From Octopus bimaculoides (lineage: Eukaryota): 52,771 nucleotides of DNA. The notes under the pieces are model-generated. The model did not search any database, was not told where the DNA came from, and saw only the letters and a program-made list of their open reading frames with translations. Position numbers and translations under genes: made by a program. Within the stretch, counting starts at the first letter, position 1. Each line of letters opens with the position of its first letter. Shown here in pieces: positions 23,044 through 34,734 of the stretch. The stretch spans positions 163,305,220 to 163,357,990 of the forward strand of contig NC_068983.1 of NCBI RefSeq assembly GCF_001194135.2. The letters are read 5' to 3'.

Positions 23044-24611
23044 TCACTTTATCGTGATGCTACTGCATAAATCTCTCTGAGAGGTTTAGAAATATATTAT
23101 TTCTATTTTCAAAAATCTCAGTATGTTAGGAATGTTTGAAATTTGATTGGAAGTTTAACATTTGGCAATTGATATAGAGGAGTTGCGATATTGATTATTG
23201 ATTCTTTATATTTGACACCCTCGTTGACGTTTGGCAATCAATTGCTCTTTTACTTCCATTGTATTGATTACATGATATATCAGTATTGAACTCTCATTTC
23301 AGAATACAATATTGGTGCATATCATCCTATTTGTCTTGTTTTTCATTCTGTTTAAAGCCATGAAAAAAAGCACTTCAAGACTGACTTAATGGTAAGTACC
23401 CCAGTCTTCTTACGAGTATTAGAAACATCCCATGATCTGGACACGAATGAAAAGAGAAGAATTTTGGGCACATTCGACGCAACTCTGTTATTGTTACTCG
23501 ACAGACGATAAGCTTTGCTGGACACATAAATCATACGAACTCTCAACATCGGACCATATCAGTCGCTATATTGCAGAAACTTTCTCATTCTAATAGAGGA
23601 AGAAGATCACTCAATTATATCGCTATTTTTAGCTGGGGCACACAATATGAAATTGAGGACCTGCCAAAGTTAACAGGAACCAGAAGTCCCTTGAGTTGAG
23701 AAGTAACACACATCACAGCTGCAACTGCCAAAAGTAAGAAGAAAAATATTTATGTTATTTTTTTAAATCTATTTTAACGAACAGGAAATTAATAGTTGTC
23801 AATATTAGGTAATATAACTGTGGGTTACTCTAATGGTGACCTTTAAATTAGAACTAAACACAGCATTTTAATTTGAATAAATATCGAAATTTTTGCTATT
23901 TTACAATTTCCTTTCATTAATCTTGACACTTTCGTCTGTAATGTTAAAACAATCTTTAGAAATTAAATTCTGAAACATTAATTTAAGATTTTGACATCGC
24001 TAAATATTTAGTAATTAAAATAAAGATGCAGTTAACACAAATATACCTATAATTAAAATTCTAAAACATTCCATAGATTTGTTTCTTTTTCTTATCTTTC
24101 TTCCTATCTAAAAACACTTTATATTGGTTGGTATTAAAATCTATGATTTATTGTTGAGAGCGAGTTGATGGCATTTTTAAAGTGTTCTAAGCAAAGCTCA
24201 CATATTGGCAAAAAGTATATATTCTACAAGTTTTGTTGCTGCCGCTGCTGTTGTTGTTTTTGTTACTAATGCTATTGTCATTGATTCAAAAATTTATGTT
24301 TAGTTTATTTTTTGCAAATGCTGTTCTTTGTATTTTTGTGGTTGTTTTAGTAAATGCGTTTTGGGGATTTTAGAAATTGTTTGGCGGTAATGGTCTTTTG
24401 ACCCTTTTTTAATGGAATCTGAGCATTTTGAGAAACTACATGTCTCCAACACGGAATTATCGCTTTCTGCAGACATCCAAGCGGTTAATATTACGTCTCT
24501 TTTCATGTTATTGAAGATTACTTTCGGTGACACGTTCATCGATTTGAAAATGGGTAGACGAGAGCTGCAGGAGATTTGTTAGCCAATTATAGCAGACGTG
24601 AAGGCGTCGAG

Positions 24612-24760
24612 ATGGCAGAGGCGTTAGTTAGCATGCCGGACAAAATGCGTAGCAGCAGTTCGTCCGTCTTTACGGCGGAATTCGATCTCAGAATTTGAAG
24701 CAGAATAAATGTTACTGAGCATTTTGTCCAACGTGTTAACGATTCTGCCATTTCGCCGCA
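24612..24760. mobile_element. Two family A 5' heads in inverted orientation
   Basis: gatggcagaggcgttagttagcatgccggacaaaatgc (+) followed by gcattttgtccaacgtgttaacgattctgccat (-). Confidence 0.7.
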
Positions 24761-24769
24761 TTAATAATA

Positions 24770-25048
24770 GTAGTAATATTGGTTTCAAATTTTGGCACAA
24801 GGCAAGCAATTTCAGGGATTTATATTTATAAATTTCATAAATTTATAAATAGAAATCCCTGAAATATTTATAATTTCAGGGACGGGGTTAAGTCGACCCC
24901 AGTGCTCTACTAATACTTATTGTATGGACCCCGAAAGAGAGGCAAAGTCGAGTTCGGCAGAATTTGAACTCAGAACGTCCACACGGACAAAATACCGCTA
25001 AGCATATTGCCCGGCGCGCTAACGACGACTCTACCAATTGGCTATCTC

Positions 25049-25050
<2 letters not shown>
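24770..25050 (-). mobile_element. SINE family A with a palindromic insertion at 24809-24870
   Basis: Family A motifs on both sides of the insertion (ggtttcaaattttggcacaagg; gcagaatttgaactcagaac). Confidence 0.85.
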
Positions 25051-25123
<73 letters not shown>

Positions 25124-25150
25124 AATGATAATTACAATAATAATAATAAT

Positions 25151-25281
25151 GTTTTGCAAAAAGCAACCTTATTGGGCATAGCGCTCATCTCAAGGAAAGT
25201 ATTATCTGTCTGAGGTCCTTATTGTGACTTGACAGATGACTAAAGACTCCCGTGCATTTTTACCTCCACTGTGTTACAAAG
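25151..25281 (+). mobile_element. Extreme 3' end of an R4/Dong-clade LINE inside an (AAT)n/(AAG)n array
   Basis: VLQKATLLGIALISRKVLSV* matches the Dong C-terminal LQK..LLG.A.I.RKVL motif; short 3' UTR, then (AAT)n. Confidence 0.8.
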
Positions 25282-25297
25282 TAATAATAATAATAGC

Positions 25298-25360
<63 letters not shown>

Positions 25361-25406
25361 AAGAAAAAGAAATGAAATAAAAGACAAATCAACGGGGAAG
25401 AAGTGG

Positions 25407-25407
<1 letters not shown>

Positions 25408-25462
<55 letters not shown>
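25408..25462. repeat. (GATA)n microsatellite
   Basis: Direct reading. Confidence 0.95.
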
Positions 25463-26059
25463 TCAAATGAAATGAGGAATACGAGATGGATGGAGGGAGT
25501 GAGGATAAAATACAATGAAGCTGAAATACAAATCTAGAGGAAGTGATGACATAGAATAAAGATACAAAATGTAAACTAAGATAAAGTAAAATAAAGAACA
25601 GAAACACAATAAAAATAAAAGCAATGAAAGCAACGACAAATAAGTGATAAATAAATAACAAAACTGTTAAAGCTATCCATTCTCTTTCATAATGTTCTTG
25701 AATGTAAACCTTAATCTATCCTTGCAATTGTCGAATTGTTCGTTACGCGTATTAAGGAGATTTGTTTTTCGCTATCGACGAACAGTATTTCATGAGTCAC
25801 GGATGTAGAGTTTTCAGAATTTCTCGTTACCGCTATAGGGTTGGGATTTGGTCATAATGGGTAATTTAGTTTTATAGTTAATGTTTTGGGGATTGAGTGA
25901 GTGAATATGATCAACTGAGAAGTTATTAGGTTTCATCTATAAATATTAATTTAACAGTATTACGTTAAAGTAACACACAGCAACTCAGTTACTGTATAGT
26001 GTTTATCACGTTCACAGTAAAACTACCAGGAGAACCAGTAATGAAATCGAAAGCGCGCG

Positions 26060-26170
26060 CGTATGTCTGTGTTTATCCCTGTCCCCACCATCGCCTATCA
26101 AGCGGTGTTGGTTTGTTTACATCCTTGTAATCTAAACAAAAGATATCGATAGAATAAGTACAAGGCTTAC
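26060..26170 (+). mobile_element. SINE family B, 3' part
   Basis: gtccccaccatcgc...gtttgtttacatcc...gatagaataagtac. Confidence 0.7.
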
Positions 26171-26234
26171 AATACACACACACACACACACACACATACA
26201 CACACACACACACTCACACANNNNNNNNNNCAAT

Positions 26235-26920
26235 GTTCTGAAAAGACACCCACACAGATTGCACATCCGATTTGGATCACCAAGAGCTGCATTAATTAAG
26301 AGAAGCGATGTCAGTCAGAAGCAAACGTCCATTTGCTGTTCTCACTGGAACTATTGAAGAAGCTTTTAGGCCTTATACCTCCTTAACGGAAGAGTACAAA
26401 CCCTTGGCATCATTTCTATCAGTTGCTTCTTGTGCCCCCTTTTGTTCTATCATTTCACCATTCCTGTTTAATTTCCCTTAGAGCAGACTGCACTTTCCTT
26501 TTCAGCTTTTTGTAAGTTTCGTTTGAGTTGGGGTTCAAGGACTGAGAAAGAAGTGTACTGCCTAAGTTTGGTTTTTCTAAAAGTAGTTCATGAATTTCTG
26601 CTGACTTATCTGAGAACCAGTCACTGGACTTATGTGATTTAAATCCCACTGACGAATTTGCAGCCTGAAATACTTTTGTTTTGAAATCTTCTGATAGATT
26701 GTTTGGGTCAAGATTAATACTTTCTATAGCACCATGGAATCTTTGCAAGTTGCTTGATAATTTAAAGTTTGCAACATTTAACTTTTTGGGTACCTTATGA
26801 CCAGACTGTCGATATTTAGGCATTATCGAAAAGTCTATTTTCCCACTCACTAGATGATGGTCAGTCCAGCTCTCTGCCCCTCTCATGGCCCAAACGCTAG
26901 AAACGTTTTTCACATCATGT
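26235..26920 (-). mobile_element. RTE-clade LINE fragment (end of the AP endonuclease and linker)
   Basis: ORF 26455-26913: AMRGAESWTDHHLV, PKKLNV, SDWFSDKSAEIHELL, YKKLKRKVQSALREIKQEW, continuing as LYSSVKEVYG..LLLTD. Confidence 0.85.
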
Positions 26921-27252
26921 TTTCTGATCAGAATTATAGTCTATTTTTTCTTATATGTATATACGTATATATNNNNNNNNNNNNNNNNNNNNNNNNNNNN
27001 NNNNNNNNNNNNNNNNNNNNNNNNNNNNNNNNNNNNNNNNNNNNNNNNNNNNNNNNNNNNNNNNNNNNNNNNNNNNNNNNNNNNNNNNNNNNNNNNNNNN
27101 NNNNNNNNNNNNNNNNNNNNNNNNNNNNNNNNNNNNNNNNNNNNNNNNNNNNNNNNNNNNNNNNNNNNNNNNNNNNNNNNNNNNNNNNNNNNNNNNNNNN
27201 NNNNNNNNNNNNNNNNNNNNNNNNNNNNNNNNNNNNNNNNNNNNNNNNNNNN

Positions 27253-27297
<45 letters not shown>

Positions 27298-27961
27298 CGA
27301 CACCTCACGAAGACACTAACACACTCACATTTTTATGGATATTTGTGCGACTTTGATGAAAAGAATGGTTTTAAAGATAGAAGGCAAGAGTAACCTTACT
27401 CCATGTTGTCTCCCAGTTCTCTGTGGTTACTGCTCGCTTCGGCTGAAAAACGAACGGAAAATGGTGGCGTTTTCTGAGAATATTAAAATTGCTGTTACAA
27501 AAGAAAAAAAAAATCTCCATAACTTTTATATGCATGGATATTCATCGGTTTTAGGATATAAATCTTTCACAACCAGGTTAAAGATTAGTTAAAAATTAAT
27601 AACTTGATAGTTTTTAACTGGGAAATGAAGGACGATAATGGTTTTCAGATGATAAATGAGAAATCTCATAAAAAAGTCTTATCAAGTGAAAGGGAATTTA
27701 AATATGATCAGACAATATGTTTTGAGAAATAAACATAATTACTTTTGTTTTGTTGTTATGACGTTTTACTAGAATATTAACAAAAGGAATAAATCCAACG
27801 GCGGTATTATCCAATATAACCACTTGCATTCATAACGTGAGGTTTTTATCAGTAAAAGTCAATGCATTGAAAATAAATAATGTCTGATGCTAGTTTTCCT
27901 GACGAGAGAAAATGTCGAATGTTCAGGTCAAATGATAAATATTTCTAAACTGACCATCCTG

Positions 27962-28148
27962 TAATACAGTTTCAAATTTTGACGCAATGCCAGTAATTTC
28001 GGAGAAAGGGGTAAGATGATTACATCGACCGAATGCTACGAAAGGTAAAGTCGATCTCGGTGGAATTTGAACTCGGAACGTAAAGACGGACGAAATGTCG
28101 CTAAGCATTTGGCTCTGCGAGCTAACGATTCCCCCAGCTCACTGCTTT
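27962..28148 (-). mobile_element. SINE family A with an internal deletion
   Basis: gaaaggtaaagtcgatctcggtggaatttgaactcggaacgtaaagacggacgaaat. Confidence 0.85.
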
Positions 28149-28379
28149 TGACCATCCTCTGATATGAAATAAGAAGAAATTTGACATTTATCCTTTCTGG
28201 ATTAATAAAAGAAGTACCAGTTGCGCAATGAGTTCGCCCTAATCGACTGGCCTCTTAATCAGAAATTTCTGGCCATGTGCCAAAATTTGGAACCAGTATG
28301 AAATAAGAAATAAAACATTCCGCCGAGGTATACATTGCTCTTACCTCTCGACCACAGACTACGCACACACGCGCACACC

Positions 28380-28752
28380 TTTTTTTCTTTTACTTGTCTC
28401 AGTCATTACACTGCGGCCATGCTGGAGCACCACCTTGAAGAATTTGAATCAAACAAATCGACCTCAGTATTTTTATCTTTTAAGCGTGGTTCTTAAATCG
28501 ATCGCTCCCTTTTGTCGAACCGTTAAGTTCGGGATCTTAAATAGACCACCGCTAGTTGTCTAGAGGTAGTGGTGAGGGAACAGACACACACATATAATAC
28601 GATAGGCTTGTTTTCAGTTTCCGTCTACAAAATTCATTCACAAGGCTTTGTTCAAGCCCGAGGCTACAGTTGAAGACACTTGCTCTTGTACCACGCAGTG
28701 AGACTGAACCCGGAAACTTGTGGGAAACAAATTTCTTAGCACACAACCACGT
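28380..28752 (-). mobile_element. SINE family B, full length with only a short internal microsatellite
   Basis: Tail ctgcggccatgctggagcacc; head gactgaacccggaaac; central acacacacatat only about 15 bp. Confidence 0.88.
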
Positions 28753-28945
28753 CTGGGACTAAATTGAAATTTTTCTTTAAAAAGAAAAGAAAATGTGATT
28801 CTTACTCCCTTTGTAATTGTAAGTTTATATAATTATGACTCTATGCAAGGATTAATGATAAACGGTTAATGCGAGGCTTCAAATGTCTCAGAAGATAGAA
28901 AAGGATCTTTTCTTTCATTGTTGCCATTGTAACTCTGTACATATT

Positions 28946-29177
28946 GATTTTAAATTTTGCCAGCAATTTCAGCAGTTTCGCAAGGCCAGCAATTTCGAAT
29001 GAGCAGTATGTCAACTATATGGACTCCAATATTCAACTGGTACTTAATTTATCGATCCCGAAAGGATGAAAGGCGCAGGCGATCTTGGCGGAATGTGAAC
29101 TCAGAACGGAAGGACGGACGAAATGCCACTAACTATTTTATCCGGCGTACTAATGTCACTGCCAACTCGCCGCCTTG
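28946..29177 (-). mobile_element. SINE family A
   Basis: ctggtacttaatttatcgatcccgaaaggatgaaaggc...gaactcagaacg...gccaactcgccgcc. Confidence 0.88.
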
Positions 29178-29964
29178 TAACGCTGTGTATATTACTAGTA
29201 AATCATGTTTACGAAAAGAGTTCTACTAGTTTCTGGCTCAATATTTCTCACTAAATAGATAGACGTTATTTATTGAATCTCAGTCTTTGTAAGTTCCAAT
29301 TAAAAAATGTATCAACAAAAACTAAGTTCGCCATTTGAAATACAATGGAAGATTTAAAAAATACCTTTATTCTTTCATTGTTTGACATTTAAAATTGTTT
29401 ATACCTAAAAAAATGTTCAGGTATTATGCGTTTTCAATCAGACTTTTTTTTTTTCACAAAAACATTAGAAACATTACATTATTCAAACATTACAGAAATT
29501 AACAGACAAGTTCTATAGAGACTAAAACATGAATATATTCAAAATATAAATATATTTAAATGTGAGAAACAAATAGAAAGTAAATTATTTTCTATCTCTC
29601 CTGGTATTTGAAACCGAATAATATCTTTTGGAAGACATGACTTAAATGAGGAATTTTAATAGCATAAGTATAAGTCCTAAAATGATTGGACATCGATTCT
29701 TTCAAGTTTATTGACCTCGAAAGAATGACCTCGGCGAGGTTTGGAATCGGAGCAAAGAGACCCGGAACAAATGGTTCGAACCATTCTATGCGATATTTAA
29801 AAGAATCTCGCCAATACACGTTCGTCAAGATAGAATTGCATCAATGGTTACATACCTGATATATACACTTTGTGTGTGTGTATACATAGATACACACATA
29901 CATGCATACATAAATACATAATACATACATTGTGTGTGAGTGTATGTGTATACATACATACATA

Positions 29965-29995
<31 letters not shown>

Positions 29996-30996
29996 NNNNN
30001 NNNNNNNNNNNNNNNNNNNNNNNNNNNNNNNNNNNNNNNNNNNNNNNNNNNNNNNNNNNNNNNNNNNNNNNNNNNNNNNNNNNATCTATATATATGTATA
30101 GTTTCCTGTTCCGTTAAGCGCTCCATTCGGTGAGCGATGATATAATTTAATATACACAATATGAAGATAGGAGCTATTCATAATTTCGTGCATTGGTGAC
30201 TCTAATCCCGGCAGGTTTTGTAGCAGGCCTTGTGCCTCCAAGCAATCCAAAGCTCTGACCACATCGCCTTATTCAATTTACAAATTAGGACGCTGAAACA
30301 AGAGAAATTGCGAGAAAACACGAGAAAGTAGATGCAAAAGAAGTGGAAGAGAGAAAAAGAAGGGTAAAAGAAAAGGAAAGAAAGACTAAAGCCAAGAAAG
30401 TTAGAGTTATGAACCCTTCAGCAAAAACCCATAAATAAACAAGTTGTAGGATAATGAGACGGAGAGGGGTCCTACGCTTTTTCATCTACCTTCTTCTCGT
30501 GGTCATTCCCATTTTTCTTCTCCACCTCCCTTTTCGCCTCATCACTCAGCCTTTTTCTCTTCTCATCTACTTTCAACACGGTTTGTTTTTCCATCACACA
30601 TTATTTTCGTTTCTAGTCCTATAGGAAATTTTCCTTGTGTTACACATTTATCTTGTTTTATTTGTATGTTCACATTTTGGCCTGTTTGTTTTCGTCACTC
30701 TCCCTTGTCCCTGACGCCACCAGAAGTGAACAATATAATCGTTTAAGGCGTGAAATTGTAAGGAATTTTTGTCCAATAACTGATGAGGATCAGCAACACC
30801 TTGTTCCCTGTGTGAATTTTCCGTTTGTTCCTCTCTTTCGTTTCTGTTCTGATTGTGAAATTTATTATTTAAATCACAGCTACGCACCCTTCTATTTCCG
30901 TTGAATATTTTTTGTGCGACGTCTATTTCTCTCTTTCTCTCGTTTGCCTCCTCTTTCTCATTTGATTCCACTACTCGCTTTTTCCTGCTCCTTTCT

Positions 30997-31074
30997 CTTT
31001 TGCATCCTCTCTCTCTCTCTCTTTTGCATCCTCTCTCTCTCTCTCTTTTGCATCCTCTCTCTCTCTCTCTCTCT
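30997..31074. repeat. 24-bp minisatellite (CTTTTGCATC plus CT run) x3 running into a gap
   Basis: Units start at 30997, 31021 and 31045. Confidence 0.9.
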
Positions 31075-31791
31075 NNNNNNNNNNNNNNNNNNNNNNNNNN
31101 NNNNNNNNNNNNNNNNNNNNNNNNNNNNNNNNNNNNNNNNNNNNNNNNNNNNNNNNNNNNNNNNNNNNNNNNNNNNNNNNNNNNNNNNNNNNNNNNNNNN
31201 NNNNNNNNNNNNNNNNNNNNNNNNNNNNNNNNNNNNNNNNNNNNNNNNNNNNNNNNNNNNNNNNNNNNNNNNNNNNNNNNNNNNNNNNNNNNNNNNNNNN
31301 NNNNNNNNNNNNNNNNNNNNNNNNNNNNNNNNNNNNNNNNNNNNNNNNNNNNNNNNNNNNNNNNNNNNNNNNNNNNNNNNNNNNNNNNNNNNNNNNNNNN
31401 NNNNNNNNNNNNNNNNNNNNNNNNNNNNNNNNNNNNNNNNNNNNNNNNNNNNNNNNNNNNNNNNNNNNNNNNNNNNNNNNNNNNNNNNNNNNNNNNNNNN
31501 NNNNNNNNNNNNNNNNNNNNNNNNNNNNNNNNNNNNNNNNNNNNNNNNNNNNNNNNNNNNNNNNNNNNNNNNNNNNNNNNNNNNNNNNNNNNNNNNNNNN
31601 NNNNNNNNNNNNNNNNNNNNNNNNNNNNNNNNNNNNNNNNNNNNNNNNNNNNNNNNNNNNNNNNNNNNNNNNNNNNNNNNNNNNNNNNNNNNNNNNNNNN
31701 NNNNNNNNNNNNNNNNNNNNNNNNNNNNNNNNNNNNNNNNNNNNNNNNNNNNNNNNNNNNNNNNNNNNNNNNNNNNNNNNNNNNNNNNNNN

Positions 31792-31870
31792 CCCCTCTCT
31801 CTTCTCCCCCTCTCTCTTCTCCCCCTCTCTCTTCTACCCCACTCTCTTCTCCCCCTCTCTCTTCTCCCCT
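31792..31870. repeat. 15-bp pyrimidine minisatellite (CCCTCTCTCTTCTCC) x~5 leaving the gap
   Basis: Direct reading. Confidence 0.85.
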
Positions 31871-32269
31871 CTCTCTCCGCCTCTCTCAACCACTTTCCTC
31901 TTTGTTGCTCTCTGTCCCTCCACTCTCTACCACCTTTTCTTTCTCCTTCCACTGCCATGCAATCCGTGGTCATTCTCACCTTTCTTCTCCATCTTCTTCG
32001 CCTCATCCCCAAACCCATCAATCACATTTCTCTCTTCTCATCTATTTTCAGCACGGTTTGCTTTTTCGCTGTTCATTATTTACGTTTCCAATCCTAAAGG
32101 ACATTTTCCTTGCGATACACATATATTCGTCCTGTCTTACAATCGCAAGGCCTTATTTTGCTTGTGTAATGTATATATATTTTGTATTGTTTCTATATTT
32201 ACATTCTGTTCGGGTTGTTTTTTGTCACTTTCCTTTGTTCGTCGAAACAAAAAGAAACCCATGTACGTA

Positions 32270-32432
32270 TACACATATACGACGGGCTTCTTTTAGTTTC
32301 CATTTACCAAAATCCGATTCTCAAGGCATTGGTGTTTACTATAGACACTGCCCAAGGTGTCATGCAATGAGACTGAACTCGGAACCATGTGGTTGGAAAC
32401 CAAGCTTCTTACTACACGGCCATGCCCGCACC
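32270..32432 (-). mobile_element. SINE family B, head
   Basis: cgacgggcttcttttagtttcc...gcccaaggtg...gactgaactcggaaccatgtggttgg. Confidence 0.85.
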
Positions 32433-33016
32433 CATATATATATATCAAATATATAATAGACACACACACACATAAATTTACATGTTATACAAACATAAAA
32501 ATTTAAGCAGAGCCTATCTAATTTGGACAGATTATACTTTATATCATAGATATTATATTCTGTGAGCAGATGGAATAAAATATTATATTATATGCTATAA
32601 TACATAATTAATATATAATACGATACGATATGCAAAATAATTTCATAATCAAAACTTAATAGAACATAATAAACTGATTAATATAATTATATTTGTCACA
32701 AACGAACGTAAGGATATAAGACAAACATACGCGCACGTTTGGCCATATTTTCGTACACACATATTATTAATATAATATTCTTCTCATAAGAGGTAATCTC
32801 GTTGGTTGATTAATCACTAACGGAGGAATATATGCGTGAGAGGAGGAGGAGGAGGCGGAGGAAGAGGAGGAGAGAGAGAGAGAGAGAGAGAGGGAGAGCG
32901 AGAGAGAGAGATAATTACTGGAAGGTACACGTATTTTAAAACAATCTTAGTTGAAGATAGATATTTTAATGCAATTTTAGCCTATCTTCGTAATAAAAAC
33001 TTATAATACATACATG

Positions 33017-33182
33017 TTTTATCTTTAACTTGTTTCAGTCATTAGATTGCGGCCATGCTGGGACATTACCTTGAAGCATTTTTAGTCGAATGAATCAACC
33101 CCAGTACTTGTGTGTATTTTAAGCCTGGAGCTTATTCTCTTTGCCTCTTACAAGGACGTAAACAGACAAACACTGGTTGGTG
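33017..33182 (-). mobile_element. SINE family B, tail
   Basis: aacttgtttcagtcattagattgcggccatgctgg. Confidence 0.8.
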
Positions 33183-33720
33183 TCTTACAGTCGCGTTAAT
33201 TACGTATATATTTTTGCTTTCGGTTGAAAAATTGCTTACAAGCCACCCGTATTATCTATAATTTATACCTTTACCATTTTATGAAAATCAGTGTATGATT
33301 TCTACGGTGATCTTATAAGCTGACAAGGCGAGTTGAGCTCAACCCAAAGCGCTGATAAGAGCCATTGACGAGCGTTAATGTAAATACAATATCACTGATG
33401 ATCTGTCTATACTCGGTGCTTGCCTCTCTTGTCACTAAATAAGTCGTGCGCTACTATGGTTATGAGTTGTTTTGATATATATATATATATATATATATGA
33501 TATACAAAGTTAAGGTTATCAAATATATATTAGCAACAGAGGCAGTATTAAATACCGAGGGGGTAATTTTGATCCCCATTTAAATGTGGACGCACTGTTA
33601 GAACAATCTAGACTGCGGTAGATACCATGAGACAAACTCTTATATTGCCTTTGGTGCAAAATTCTTTTGAAGTCCTTTTTTGTTTTGTTTTTCCTTTCTA
33701 GTGCAAATATATTATTTTAT

Positions 33721-33940
33721 AATTCTTTTCTACTCTAGGTGCAAGGCCCGAAATTTTTTGGGGAAGGGGGCTAGTCGATTAGATCGACCCCAGTACGCAA
33801 CTGGTACTTAATTTATCGACCCCGAAAGTATGAAAGGCAAAGTCGACCTCGGCCGAATTTGAACTCAGAACGTAAAGACAGACGAAATACCGCTAAGCAT
33901 TTCACCCGGCGTGCTAACGTTTTTGCCAGCTCTCCGCCTT
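33721..33940 (-). mobile_element. SINE family A, best-preserved copy
   Basis: All family motifs are intact. Confidence 0.93.
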
Positions 33941-34398
33941 ATATTATATTTATAATTAGAAATTTTAAAATCTCAAATAGCTAACACCTTTAAACGACAG
34001 ATTCAATGAGTTTCTGTAGTGAGGCAATTAAAATATAAATGTGTTGAGTGCCAAATGATGGAAGGGTAAAATAGTTGGCAGGGCAACAGACAGAGATACA
34101 GCGAGAAGGATAGAATAAGGGTTGTAAGCATCATGTGACCACCAAAGTGGTATAAATAGTGTTGGTATATTGAATGTATAGAATTGTTAAAATAAATTTT
34201 CATGAAACAATATTAAATGAGAAAAGCGACAAACACTTAGGCCAAGCAAACTGATCTTTACTTTTTTCAAAGACTTCTTTCATTCATCTCAAACGAATTA
34301 CTTAATTATAATAAATAACGTGATAACTAGCTTGTCTGCCATCGTCGAAACGCACGCATCGTTTTAAACAAATATCTGTATATTGTAGGTGTCCATAG

Positions 34399-34734
34399 TG
34401 AAGGCGCACGGCTCAGTGGTTAGAGTGTCGAGCTTACGATCGTGAGGTTGTGAATTCGAATCCCGGACCGGGCTGTGTGTTGTGTTCTTGAGCAAGACAC
34501 TTTATTTCACGTTGCTCCAGTTCACTCAGGTGTAGAAATGAGTTGCGACGTCACAGGTGCCAGGCTGTATTGGCCCCTTTGCCTTTCCCTTGGATAACAC
34601 TGGTGGCATGGAGAGGGGAGACTGTTATGCCTGGGTAACTGCTGGTCTTCCATAAACAACCTTGCCCGGACTTGTGCCTGGGAGGGTAACTTTCTAGGTG
34701 CAATCCCATGGTAGTCATGACCGAAGGGGGTCTC
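34399..34734 (+). mobile_element. SINE family C (tRNA-derived head, MetaSINE-like central domain)
   Basis: A box ggctcagtggttagag, B box gaattcgaatccc, then gttgtgttcttgagcaagacactttatttcacgttgctccagttcactcag. Confidence 0.88.

Noticed and set aside
30779-30800. CTGATGAG hammerhead core
   Set aside because: No stem II or GAAA follows.
34399-34472. tRNA gene
   Set aside because: A and B boxes are present, but the acceptor stem does not pair and the sequence continues into a SINE central domain.
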